The notes beneath the pieces were generated by a model. That model worked only from the letters and a program-made list of their open reading frames with translations, was not told the DNA's origin and did no database searches. From an uncultured delta proteobacterium (lineage in GTDB: Bacteria; Myxococcota_A; Polyangia; Polyangiales; Polyangiaceae), in the NCBI GenBank assembly GCA_963696385.1, contig CAVOKF010000005.1:1248001-1312000 (forward strand): 64,000 bases of DNA, read 5' to 3'. The position numbers were made by a program, and so were the translations under genes. This document shows positions 10,439-20,056 of this stretch, piece by piece (the stretch's first letter is position 1; each line of letters opens with the position of its first letter).

Positions 10439-11797
10439 ATGACGCACTCTCCGCCGGACCTGCCCGGCGCCCAGACGACCGATTCACCGATCGATCGCGC
10501 TCTGACGCTTCTCCTCGCTGAGGAACCGGAAGCCGCGCTGCGGTGGAGCGCGGCGGTCGTCGAACGAGATGCTTCCATCCCGAGCGCCCTGGTCATTACG
10601 TGCCGGCTGCTCGAACAGATGGGCCGCCCCGAAGCGGCGATTGAGGGCTTCGAGCTCGCCGTGCGCCGTGCGATCGATGCCGGCAATCTGCCCCTGGCCG
10701 TGGCGGCCGTCGCGGATCTGCGTGCTCTAGGGGTCAACGTCGAACCATCGCTGGCCGAGGTCGCGGAGGCCTTCTGTCTCGGTTCGATCCGCCTCCAAGA
10801 CAACGAGACGCCGCCGCCGCCTTTGCCCAACTTCGAGGGTTTCCAGCCGCTCAGCTCATTTCTCAGCGGCCCCGCGCTGACGTCGAAGGCTACGCAGATT
10901 CTGCACGCCGCAACGCGTGAATATCGGGAGGCCGAGGGGACCGAGCTGCCGCTGGTCGCGCCGCTCGCGTTCTTCAGCGCGTTGTCCAAGGACGCCCTGA
11001 GTGATCTCGTCGCCGCATTCGAGATGATCACGGTTCCGGCTGGCGAGCGGGTCATCACCGCGGGTGAGGAAGGCGCTGAGGCGTACATCGTCGCCCGCGG
11101 CGAGCTGGAGGTCACACGCGCCAACGAGGACGATCAGGACCCGCCCGTGGTGTTGGCGCGGCTCGTGAGCGGTGCGCTTTTCGGCGAGATGGCGCTTTTG
11201 TCGCGGGCGCCTCGAGCGGCGAATGTCGTCGCCACTCGGCCGTCCATCCTGCTCGTCGCGAAGCGGGACGCACTCGAGGCCGTTGCCGAGAAGCGACCCG
11301 AGGTGGCGGTGGAGCTGGCTGCTCATTGCCGCCGGCGCATGGTGGCCAATCTGGGTCGCACCTCCGGTGTCCTCATCGCGGTCCCCCCAGCCGAGCGAGC
11401 GATCCTCGTCGAACGATTCGAGACACGCATCTTCGAACGGGGAGACAAGCTGGTCGTAGAGGGAGAGGAGGCCCAAGGCCTGCACCTCGTGGCCTCGGGC
11501 GAGGTTGCGGTCGTGGCGCACGAGAACGGCGAGTCCATCGTCGTTGCGACGCTACCGGCTGGCGAGACGGTCGGCGAAGGCGCACTCCTGCTGCGACGGA
11601 AAGCCAATGCGGACGTCATCGCGGTGCATCCGACCGTCACGCTGTTCCTGCCGCGCGAGGAATTCCTCGAGCTGGTCGAGGCGCACCCGAGCATCTTGCA
11701 CGGACTGTACATGACGGCCGTCCGCCGTGACGACGAGACCACACGCGCGCTCGACTCCGCGCCCGCTTCGGCGGCCGTGGACTACGTGCTTCTCTGA
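10439..11797 (+). CDS. Protein with an N-terminal TPR-like helix region and two cyclic-nucleotide-binding domains
   Basis: FGEMALLSRAPRAANV and VGEGALLLRRKANADV cNMP-binding cassettes. Confidence 0.85.
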   Translation: MTHSPPDLPGAQTTDSPIDRALTLLLAEEPEAALRWSAAVVERDASIPSALVITCRLLEQMGRPEAAIEGFELAVRRAIDAGNLPLAVAAVADLRALGVNVEPSLAEVAEAFCLGSIRLQDNETPPPPLPNFEGFQPLSSFLSGPALTSKATQILHAATREYREAEGTELPLVAPLAFFSALSKDALSDLVAAFEMITVPAGERVITAGEEGAEAYIVARGELEVTRANEDDQDPPVVLARLVSGALFGEMALLSRAPRAANVVATRPSILLVAKRDALEAVAEKRPEVAVELAAHCRRRMVANLGRTSGVLIAVPPAERAILVERFETRIFERGDKLVVEGEEAQGLHLVASGEVAVVAHENGESIVVATLPAGETVGEGALLLRRKANADVIAVHPTVTLFLPREEFLELVEAHPSILHGLYMTAVRRDDETTRALDSAPASAAVDYVLL

Positions 11798-12822
11798 TGG
11801 TCGAACGGCATCCGCCCGACGCCCCTCACCGCGCCGCCACGATCGTGCGCCTGCCGGCAGCGACGAACACCGTACCGCCGTTACGCGGCGGGTTCACGCC
11901 GGCCGAAGCGCGACAAGCCCGCCGTCTGGCAATCGTCACGGGGATCGTCGGCGGCTTCTTCGTGTTGGAGCTTGGGGGAGCTCTTTTCGCGGACAGCCTC
12001 GTCCTCCAAGCGGATGCCATGCATCTTCTGATGGATGTGTTGGCGCTGGGCGTCAGCTTGCTCGCGATGCGACTGGCGGTTCGGGCGCCGACCGCGCGCT
12101 TCACATTTGGACTGCGGCGAGCGGAGCCAGTGGCCGCCATTTTTAGCGCTGTTCTCGTGCTTTTAACCACGGCTTGGATCGTCGTCGAGGGGGTCGTCGC
12201 GCTTCGCGGGCACCCTTCACCGAAGGCGGGCGCCATGCTCGTTGTGGCGCTCGCGGCTCTCTTCGTGAGCGGCTTGAGCGCGTGGCTCTTGCACGACGTC
12301 ATCGGGCAAGCGCCCGCGGATCCGCATGCCGGCGATTCGACCGATCCGGCGCACCATCCTCTGCCCGGTCGGATCGAACACGGCCATGCGCTCAACCTGC
12401 GAGGTGCGGCGCTTCACCTGGTCGGCGATACCCTCGGGGCACTTGCAGCGGTCGTCGCCGCGATCGTGGTTCGCTTCGGGGGTCAGCCAGCGGCCGATCC
12501 CGTCGCCGGCTTCGTGGTCGCCGCGATCCTGTTCGTCGGCTCGATGCGCTTGCTGGGACAGGCGACGATGGTGCTGCTCGAAGCGGCACCGGCCCATCTC
12601 TCGTCGCTCGCCGTCCGTGGCGCGATCGATGCTTTTCCCGGCGTGGTGGCCGTCGATGCGCTGCACGTGTGGACTCTGGGTGCAGGACACGATGCGATCA
12701 TGGCGTGTGTGCGAACGACCTCGAACGACCCCACGTTCGCACCGAGGCTTTCGGCCCACCTGCGAAGCGCAACCGGTGCCGAGTACGTGACGGTGCAAGT
12801 CGAGCCGCCCCCCGACTCCTGA
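11797..12822 (+). CDS. Cation diffusion facilitator (CzcD/ZitB-like)
   Basis: TM2 DAMHLLMD, TM5 NLRGAALHLVGD, His-containing loop, C-terminal LHVW...VTVQVE. Confidence 0.9.
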   Translation: MVERHPPDAPHRAATIVRLPAATNTVPPLRGGFTPAEARQARRLAIVTGIVGGFFVLELGGALFADSLVLQADAMHLLMDVLALGVSLLAMRLAVRAPTARFTFGLRRAEPVAAIFSAVLVLLTTAWIVVEGVVALRGHPSPKAGAMLVVALAALFVSGLSAWLLHDVIGQAPADPHAGDSTDPAHHPLPGRIEHGHALNLRGAALHLVGDTLGALAAVVAAIVVRFGGQPAADPVAGFVVAAILFVGSMRLLGQATMVLLEAAPAHLSSLAVRGAIDAFPGVVAVDALHVWTLGAGHDAIMACVRTTSNDPTFAPRLSAHLRSATGAEYVTVQVEPPPDS

Positions 12823-12934
12823 CGGCTCGATCGAATCTTACGGACGGCGCCCTCCGGGAGATGCCCCGCCCAGAAAGGGCGGCAGGAATCCGGCTCAGCT
12901 CACCCACAACCATTCCTCGTTGGTTCGGACGGAC

Positions 12935-12963
12935 TTGACCGAGCGTGCCGCATTGAGTACGCC
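12935..12963 (+). promoter_or_regulatory. Candidate sigma70-type promoter for the skp-lpxD-fabZ-lpxA operon
   Basis: TTGACC-N17-TACGCC ending 9 nt before the skp ATG. Confidence 0.35.
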
Positions 12964-12972
12964 CCATCGCCG

Positions 12973-13584
12973 ATGCGCACATTAGCCCGTCCCATTCTCG
13001 CCACCGCCCTGGTGGTCGCCTTTTCGATCTTTGGCAGAACCGCCGCCGCGGAAACCAAGGTGGCCGTCGTCGACGTGCAGCGTGCCGTCATGCAGACCGA
13101 GGAGGGGCTCCGCGCCCAGGCGACACTCAAGAAGATGTTCGATAGTCGCCAGCAGGAGCTCAACAAGCGCCAGACGGATCTTCAAAAGCAAAAAGAGGAC
13201 ATCGACAAGCAGGCGAAGGTTCTCTCGCAGCAAGCATTGCAAAAGAAGGTCGACGACTGGCAAAAGCAGATGGTCGAGCTCCAGCAGACGTTCGTCGAGT
13301 ACAACAAGGAGCTCGAGAAAAAGCAGAAGGAGATGACGGATCCGATCTTCGAGCGCGTTCTCGGGGCGATCAAGCGGGTGGCTGGTGCCGATGGCTACGA
13401 CCTCATCGTCGACCGTGCGACGGTGGCGTTCTCGCGGGGTGACTTGGATCTCACCGACCGAGTCATCCAAATGGCGAACGGGGCATTGGTGGGCGGCAAC
13501 GCTGGGTCGCCGCCGGCCATCAGCGGATCGGCCACGCCCGCGCCCGTGCGGGCCCCTGCCCAAGGCGGCTCCGCGAAGCCGTGA
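12973..13584 (+). CDS. skp: OmpH/Skp periplasmic chaperone
   Basis: Signal peptide, KVAVVDVQRA, long Q/K/E coiled coil, DLTDRVI, canonical position before lpxD. Confidence 0.9.
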   Translation: MRTLARPILATALVVAFSIFGRTAAAETKVAVVDVQRAVMQTEEGLRAQATLKKMFDSRQQELNKRQTDLQKQKEDIDKQAKVLSQQALQKKVDDWQKQMVELQQTFVEYNKELEKKQKEMTDPIFERVLGAIKRVAGADGYDLIVDRATVAFSRGDLDLTDRVIQMANGALVGGNAGSPPAISGSATPAPVRAPAQGGSAKP

Positions 13585-14456
13585 CGTGGGACGGGGTCGT
13601 CAGACTCCGCCAACAGGCGCTCGACGTGTGGGCCACCGTCTACGGTGGCAGCGTCGTCGGCGATCGAAAGGTTGTCCCTGTCGCGGTCGCTCCGGTCGGC
13701 AGCGCCGGTCCAGGTGACATTGCTCCGCTGCTTGTCGGCCGCTTCGTCGAGGCCGCGTTACAGGCCACGCGGCGCGGTGCAGCGCTTTTGGTTCAGGCCT
13801 CGCTTGCACCGGCGGTCAAGCGCGCCGAAAGCGTCTGGGTTCACGAGCACGCAACGTGGGCCTTGGCCCACTTGCTGGATAGCGCAATCGTTCCGGACGA
13901 CGAGCCGGTCATCGGCCCCGGCTGTGCCGTCGCTCCCAGTGCGGTCATGGGTCCGCGGGTTGTCCTCGGATCGCGCGTTGTCATCGGGGCCTGTGTCGTG
14001 CTCGGGCACCCCGGATTCGGGTGGGCGCGCGGTCCGGAGGGGGCCGTCCGCAGTGTTCCGCAGCTCGGGGGCGTCGTGATCGACGACGACGTGGCGGTGG
14101 GGCCGCTTTCCACCATCGACGCCGGAACGATCGCGCCGACCCGCGTTCGACGCGGCGCAAAGCTCGATTCGCACGTGCACGTGGGGCACAACGCGGACAT
14201 CGGCGAGGGCACGCTGGTCGCGGCGCAATGCGGCTTCGCGGGGTCGGTGACCATCGGTCCAGGCGTCCTCGTCGGCGGACAAGTCGGCGTCGCCGATCAC
14301 GTCGTGGTGGGCAAGGGCGCGCGCATTGCGGCGAAGAGCGGCGTCATCGGTGATGTACCCGCCGGCGCCGTCGTGGCAGGATACCCGGCCGTAGCGCGCA
14401 TGCGCTGGCTGCGTGCGCTCGGCAGGTTGTACGGTGCCTCGAGAGAGGATCGTTGA
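13581..14456 (+). CDS. lpxD: UDP-3-O-acyl-glucosamine N-acyltransferase (short, divergent)
   Basis: Hexapeptide repeats, GFGW...PQLGGVVIDDDV, TIDAGT, KLDSHVHVGHN, GYPA. Confidence 0.85.
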   Translation: MTWDGVVRLRQQALDVWATVYGGSVVGDRKVVPVAVAPVGSAGPGDIAPLLVGRFVEAALQATRRGAALLVQASLAPAVKRAESVWVHEHATWALAHLLDSAIVPDDEPVIGPGCAVAPSAVMGPRVVLGSRVVIGACVVLGHPGFGWARGPEGAVRSVPQLGGVVIDDDVAVGPLSTIDAGTIAPTRVRRGAKLDSHVHVGHNADIGEGTLVAAQCGFAGSVTIGPGVLVGGQVGVADHVVVGKGARIAAKSGVIGDVPAGAVVAGYPAVARMRWLRALGRLYGASREDR

Positions 14457-14908
14457 AAGTCAGTACCGGCATTGAGATCGACCGAATCCTGCGGATCTTG
14501 CCGCACCGATGGCCGTTCGTCCTCGTCGACCGTGTAACAGAGGTCGTGTCCGGGGAGCGCATCGTCGGCCACAAATGCGTCACGGTGGCCGAGCCTTGGT
14601 TTCAGGGTCACTTTCCCGCGCGTCCGATCATGCCGGGTGTTCTCATCGTCGAGGCGCTCGCGCAGATCGGCGGCATTCTCGCGTACGCGACCGAGCCGTT
14701 TGACCCATCCAACTCGCTCATGTACTTCCTCGGCATCGACAAGGCGAAATTCCGCCGTACGGTCACTCCGGGCGACCGCCTCGATCTGCTGGTCACGATC
14801 GCGCACCACCGCACGAACGTGTGGAAGTTCCACGGCGAGGCGTCGGTCGACGGAACGCTTTGCGCCAGCGCGGACTTGCTGGCGAGCGTCGTGGACCGCC
14901 AGGGGTGA
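14453..14908 (+). CDS. fabZ: 3-hydroxyacyl-ACP dehydratase
   Basis: [33 protein letters not shown]. Confidence 0.97.
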   Translation: MKVSTGIEIDRILRILPHRWPFVLVDRVTEVVSGERIVGHKCVTVAEPWFQGHFPARPIMPGVLIVEALAQIGGILAYATEPFDPSNSLMYFLGIDKAKFRRTVTPGDRLDLLVTIAHHRTNVWKFHGEASVDGTLCASADLLASVVDRQG

Positions 14909-14913
14909 CCGCC

Positions 14914-15670
14914 ATGGCTCGGGTGCACGCTGCAGCGATAGTGGATCGCCGCGCCGAGCTGGCCGGCAGCGTCGTCGTAGGGCCCTATGCGATCGTGGAG
15001 GCAGGGGCCGTCCTATCGCGGGGGTGTGTGATCCATCCGCATGCCGTCGTCCGTTCCCGAAGCGTCCTCGGCCCGAGGACGGTGGTGCATCCGTTCGCCG
15101 TCATCGGCGGTGAGCCGCAAGCCAAGAGCGGGGGCACGGGGCCGGCGCGCGTCGAGATCGGAGAGGGGAACGTCTTCCGCGAGCATTCGACGGTTCACGG
15201 AGGCACCGAGGGCCGTGTGACCCGGATTGGGGCCTTCAATTGGTTCATGGTTGGGTCGCATGTCGCCCACGATGTCGTCGTCGGATTCGAACTGTGTTCT
15301 GGCAAACGGGGTCCAGCTGGCCGGTCATGTCGTCGTCGAGGACTGGGTGAACTTCGGAGGACTGAGTGGCGTCGCGCAACGGGCTCGTATCGGCGAGAGT
15401 GCATTCGTCGCGGCGGCCGCGGCATGCGAGCGTGACGTTCCCCCGTACGTCATCGTGCAGGGCGATCGGGCTCGCGTCCGGGGAGTAAACGTCGTTGGCC
15501 TCCGGAGGAGGTCGGTACCGGAGTCGAGCATTCGTGCGCTCAAGCGGGCCGTCGCCAAACTATGGCACTCCGGGGTGATCCGAGCCCAAGCATTGCGCAG
15601 TCTCGACGCCGAAGCCGATCCATACGTCCGTGCGCTCGTTCGAGCGCTGCAAATCGCCGCCGACCCGTAG
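14914..15670 (+). pseudogene. lpxA: UDP-GlcNAc O-acyltransferase LpxA split by a +1 frameshift at about 15286 (possibly a sequencing error)
   Basis: First frame [11 protein letters not shown]...GGEPQ...HVAHDVVVG. It continues in the next frame as [15 protein letters not shown]...DVPPY...GVNVVGLRRR. Removing one T from GGATTCG restores the ORF. Confidence 0.85.
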
Positions 15671-15679
15671 CGACAAGTC

Positions 15680-18301
15680 TCAGCGGCCGCGAGAGCCCTC
15701 GTCGAGGATGTCTTGGAACGCCCGGTCGAATTCGTCGTCGGCGCCCACCGCCGCCGCACGCGACGGCTGCTTGGGCTCGAACTTCTGAAGCCGCCGAATG
15801 CGCTCGTGAACGTCGCGGAACGAGGGCACGAGACGTGCGGTGCGTTGCAGGTATTCGAGCGCCTGCTTGGTCATTTTCTTCGCCTCGTATGCGGCTCCGA
15901 CCTCGTAGCTCAGGGCGGCTTCCTGCTCTCTCGTGCGCTCGGCCACTTGCAGACCGCGTAGGAACGCCTCGATCGCCTCGTTGAGATTGCCGCGCTCGAT
16001 CTGTATCGTCCCGATCATCGAGTGGCAGACGCATGCGCTCTTCGGATCGCGCGTCGCCATCCCGAACTCGCGGATCGCGTCGTCGAGCAAACCCATTTCA
16101 CGGTACGCGACACCGAGGTCGTAGTGGCTCTGCGTGTCCTCGACGGTGATTTGCTGGGCCACGCCCGCTTTGAATTTCGCGAAGACCTCCTCGACGTCAA
16201 CCTGTTCGGCAGGCCCCGCGATACCCCTCGATGCGCCCGGTGCGCTCAGCAGAGCGCCAGCGTCGTTGAATGCGCGCTCCCCGGCGGGCGACGGACGCGT
16301 GCCAGAGTCTCCGTGAGCACTGCGTTCTTGTGCCTCGAGCTCGGTCAACCGATCGCGCAGCAGAGGATGGTTCGGCACGCGCGATAGCTGCTCCTGCAGG
16401 ATCGTCCGGGCGTCGTCGAACAATCCTCTCGAAGCAAAGAAGTCGGCCTCTTCGAGGGCGGATTCGAGTTCCGGGATCCCGCGTTGGGGGGCTCCGCGCC
16501 GGCCACCCGGTGCCGAGGCGGCCTGACCGTTGTGCGCCGCGCCCGACTCGCTTGACTCGTGAGGCCGGTCGAGTGGATAGCTCGGCAACGGCCCGTCCCC
16601 GAATGGATCGTCAATGGCGTCGATATTCGACTGCAGCGCTGCTGGCTGGGCGGGCGCCGTTTCGCTCGAATTCGAGAGACCGTCGTCGTCGGGGCTGATT
16701 TCTTCCAGGTCGTACGACGGCAGCGGGGCTTCCGGGTCGTAGCTGCTCAATGGCGCGCGCATCGACGCCGTTTCGCGAGCCTCGTGAACGTCGGTATCGG
16801 TCCCTTCCTCGACGAGCTCGTAGCCGAGGTCGCGCAGCATGCGCGTCGCGACGGCATTGTCCGGATCGAGCGCCAGCGCATCCTGAAGGGCGCGTGCGGC
16901 CTCCTCGCCGTCGAGAGACTCGACGAGGATCTCGGCGATCGCGAGGTGCTGGCCGACCGCGCCGCCGACGTTGCCGGATTCGACAAGGAGGTCGCGCAGC
17001 ATCTCGCGAACCTCGAGCGAGCGGGGCGCAAGCCGCAAGCCCTCCTCGAGCGTCTGGATCGCGGCCCCGAGCCGGCGATGGCGTCGAAAGCCGGCGGCGT
17101 CGGCCAGAATGCGCGTGACGTCCTGATAGGCAGCTTCCCGGGTGCGGCCGTCGCCGGTCTCCTCGACCTGGTCGAAGCCCGTATCGGCACCTTCGTTCCC
17201 GTTCTTCGAGGAAGCGTGCGCCGCCCTCTTCGCGAGCTCGATGGGCTGTTCCTCGGATTCGATGTCGTCGTCGACGACGTCTTCGTACGTTTCCTCGACG
17301 GCGGCTCCACCATCGTCGAGGCCTTCCCCCTCTTGCCACGCCGTTCGAGCGAGGGATCCGTTCGCTGTGCGGGCGGGGGTCTCGAGTGCAAGCTGTTGGA
17401 CGACCTCGTCGTTCGGAGCGAGCTTCTGCAACTTCGAAATGAGGTCGCGAAAGAGGTCGGTTTTGCCCGATTCCCGCGCAATGCGCGCCATCTCCTTGTG
17501 GACTTCGATGGCCTTGGCGGCCTGACCGATGTTCGTGAAGGCCCGCGCGAGCAGTTCCAGCGTGTCAATGTCACGTGGATTGGCCTGGAAGCAAATCTGC
17601 AGCTTCGCGAGAGCGTGCAGCCCATCGTTCGGGTTGCCGCGCGCCAAGTACAGCTCGGCGGCCAGCCGGGCATGCGACGGATCGGCATTCAGCTGCAGCA
17701 TGCGCTCGGTCACGCGCAGAGCGTCGTCACGTCGCTCGAGGCGCATCAGCTGTCCGGTGGCGATCCCGAACTCGGCCACGGCTTCGTCGACGCTCTTTGC
17801 GTGCGACAACGCCTCGGCAAGACGCAAATGCGACAGGGGGTTGGTCGGATCGACTTCGACGATCCGACGGAACACTTCGATGGCGTCCTGCTCGCGGCTC
17901 TGGCGCTGCAGATACGTCGCCATTTCATCGAGTGCCGCAAGCGCATCGCTCGTCAGTCCGAGCTGCTGATACAAGTCTGCGAGTTGGGGGGTGACGTGCG
18001 CGTATTTGTCCTCGAGCTGGGGAACATATTTCGTTATGATTTCACGTATTTGCTTGAACACGGCAACCGCTTTGAGCGAGAAGCCCTGGCTCGCATAAAA
18101 CTTCCCCACACGCTCGTAGGTGGCGATGGCGTCGGCGTACGCCTCCATCTTGGACTGGAGGTCCCCGAGCTTCAGGAGCGTCCGCGCATCGCTCGGATCT
18201 TCCTGGAGGATTTTTTGGTACTCGATGGCCGCCCGGTCGTAGCGCCTCTTTTCGACGTACTTCTGGGCGGCGGCGAGTGTCTTCTCGCGGTCGATCGCCA
18301 C
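15680..18301 (-). CDS. sgmX: SgmX-like TPR protein (type IV pilus polar activator)
   Basis: N-terminal TPR array (YASQGFSLKAVAVFKQ, ALAKLQICFQANPRDIDTL), acidic disordered middle, C-terminal VEEVFAKFKAG...HYDLGVAYREMGLLDDA TPRs, resembling myxobacterial SgmX. Confidence 0.7.
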   Translation of the reverse strand: MAIDREKTLAAAQKYVEKRRYDRAAIEYQKILQEDPSDARTLLKLGDLQSKMEAYADAIATYERVGKFYASQGFSLKAVAVFKQIREIITKYVPQLEDKYAHVTPQLADLYQQLGLTSDALAALDEMATYLQRQSREQDAIEVFRRIVEVDPTNPLSHLRLAEALSHAKSVDEAVAEFGIATGQLMRLERRDDALRVTERMLQLNADPSHARLAAELYLARGNPNDGLHALAKLQICFQANPRDIDTLELLARAFTNIGQAAKAIEVHKEMARIARESGKTDLFRDLISKLQKLAPNDEVVQQLALETPARTANGSLARTAWQEGEGLDDGGAAVEETYEDVVDDDIESEEQPIELAKRAAHASSKNGNEGADTGFDQVEETGDGRTREAAYQDVTRILADAAGFRRHRRLGAAIQTLEEGLRLAPRSLEVREMLRDLLVESGNVGGAVGQHLAIAEILVESLDGEEAARALQDALALDPDNAVATRMLRDLGYELVEEGTDTDVHEARETASMRAPLSSYDPEAPLPSYDLEEISPDDDGLSNSSETAPAQPAALQSNIDAIDDPFGDGPLPSYPLDRPHESSESGAAHNGQAASAPGGRRGAPQRGIPELESALEEADFFASRGLFDDARTILQEQLSRVPNHPLLRDRLTELEAQERSAHGDSGTRPSPAGERAFNDAGALLSAPGASRGIAGPAEQVDVEEVFAKFKAGVAQQITVEDTQSHYDLGVAYREMGLLDDAIREFGMATRDPKSACVCHSMIGTIQIERGNLNEAIEAFLRGLQVAERTREQEAALSYEVGAAYEAKKMTKQALEYLQRTARLVPSFRDVHERIRRLQKFEPKQPSRAAAVGADDEFDRAFQDILDEGSRGR

Positions 18302-18504
18302 GTTTTACGACTGCTCCCTCCGGCGGCGGCCGCTCGCTGGGCGTCCCGCAATTTCAGAGTACCTCGATTCGAGACCTGTGGCGCGATGTTTGGCGCCGAT
18401 TGCGTGCTCCGGGTCAAAAATAGCACCCATGTAGGTGCTGTATTGCGCCGGCCGCGCTCGACGACGGGTCGCGCCGTATCTAGGTTCGGACGGCTAGGGG
18501 ATCC

Positions 18505-19959
18505 ATGCCTACTCAGTCGACGAAGTACAAGGCCCCGTTTGGCGCGGAAGGATCCGCCGCGGTGGATTCGGCCCTGGCCGCGAAGCTGCTCGCGGTTGCC
18601 CTGAGCCGTGGGGGAGACTATGCGGATCTGTTCTTCGAGTACCGCGCCGCGGGGGGGCTCGTTTTCGACGAGGGAATCCTGAAAACCGCATCGCGCGGCG
18701 TGTCGATGGGGCTTGGCGTTCGCGTCCAGCGAGGGGACGCGACCGGTTACGCGTACGTCGAGCAGCTCGACTGGGAGGCGATGAAACGGGCAGCCGAGAC
18801 GGCGGCGCAAATCGCCAGCGGCGCCGGTTCCACCGAAGCGACGCACGCGCAGTGGGTCGAAACGGCTCGGCGCTACGACCTCGACCAGGTAAGTCTGGAC
18901 GTTCCCGGGCCCGAGAAGCGGCAGCTGCTCGAGCGGGCGGCGGCGGTTGCGCACGGCTTCGATGCCCGCATCGTCAAGGTCGAGGCGAGCCTCTCCGAGG
19001 AGATCCGCGAGATTCTAGTCGTGACGAGCGATGGGTTGATGGTGCGCGACACTCAGCCACTCCTCCGCTTTGGGGTGCGCGCGATTGCGGAGAGAAACGG
19101 CAAGCGCCAGGAAGGCTCGAGCGGCGGCGGAGGGCGCACGACCATCGGGTACTTCGAGGACAAGAGCCCCGAGTGGCACGGGCGGGAAGCGGCACGACAA
19201 GCCGTGACGATGCTGGATGCGCAAGACGCTCCGGCGGGACAAATGGAGGTCGTCCTCGCACCGGGCGACAGCGGCATCTTGCTGCATGAGGCGGTTGGCC
19301 ACGGTCTCGAAGCGGACTTCAATCGCAAAGGAACGAGCAACTATGCCGGCAAGGTGGGCGCGGCGGTCGCAAGCGATCTCTGCACCGTGGTGGACGATGC
19401 GACCTTACTGAACAGCCGCGGTACGATCAACGTCGACGACGAGGGACACGAGCCGCGGCGTTCTGTGCTCATCGAGAATGGAACGCTGGTCGGGTATATG
19501 CACGACCGGCTGAGCGCGAAGCATTACGGGCTCGCGCCTAGCGGCAACGGGCGTCGCGAGAGCTTCGCGTGCGCCCCGATGCCCCGGATGACCAACACGG
19601 TCCTGCTCGCCGGACCGCACGACCCGGAGGAGATCCTCAAGAGCGTGAAGCGAGGCGTGTACGCAAAAAAGTTTGGCGGCGGCCAGGTCGACATCGCGAA
19701 CGGCGACTTCGTGTTTTCTCTCACCGAGAGTTATCTGGTCGAGGACGGTAAGATCACGGCCCCCCTCAAGGGTGTGAATCTCATCGGAAACGGCCCCGAC
19801 GTTCTGCGCCGGGTGACGATGCTCGGTCACGACGTCGAGTTGAGCGACGGGATCTGGACGTGCGGGAAGGACGGCCAGAGCGTGCCGGTCGGCGTGGGGT
19901 GCCCGACGATAAAAATCTCGTCGATCACGGTCGGCGGTACCCGGGTGGGGCGGGCCTGA
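18505..19959 (+). CDS. tldD: TldD metalloprotease
   Basis: LLHEAVGHGLEADFNRKG, PMPRMTNT, CGKDGQSVPVGVGCP. Confidence 0.95.
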   Translation: MPTQSTKYKAPFGAEGSAAVDSALAAKLLAVALSRGGDYADLFFEYRAAGGLVFDEGILKTASRGVSMGLGVRVQRGDATGYAYVEQLDWEAMKRAAETAAQIASGAGSTEATHAQWVETARRYDLDQVSLDVPGPEKRQLLERAAAVAHGFDARIVKVEASLSEEIREILVVTSDGLMVRDTQPLLRFGVRAIAERNGKRQEGSSGGGGRTTIGYFEDKSPEWHGREAARQAVTMLDAQDAPAGQMEVVLAPGDSGILLHEAVGHGLEADFNRKGTSNYAGKVGAAVASDLCTVVDDATLLNSRGTINVDDEGHEPRRSVLIENGTLVGYMHDRLSAKHYGLAPSGNGRRESFACAPMPRMTNTVLLAGPHDPEEILKSVKRGVYAKKFGGGQVDIANGDFVFSLTESYLVEDGKITAPLKGVNLIGNGPDVLRRVTMLGHDVELSDGIWTCGKDGQSVPVGVGCPTIKISSITVGGTRVGRA

Positions 19960-20056
19960 AGGCTTTTGCCGCCACGCGCCGGCCAGCCCCTCGCTCCGGG
20001 GCCGAGGGTCTCGTCCTTTCCGGACATCCGCATATGAATACTCGACTGAGGAGGGC

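Noticed and set aside
15281..15290. Programmed ribosomal frameshift in lpxA
   Set aside because: There is no slippery heptamer or homopolymer, and a single-base insertion explains it.
18505..19959. Lone tldD as part of a RiPP cluster
   Set aside because: There is no precursor, YcaO or tldE adjacent. Unlinked tldD and tldE are common.
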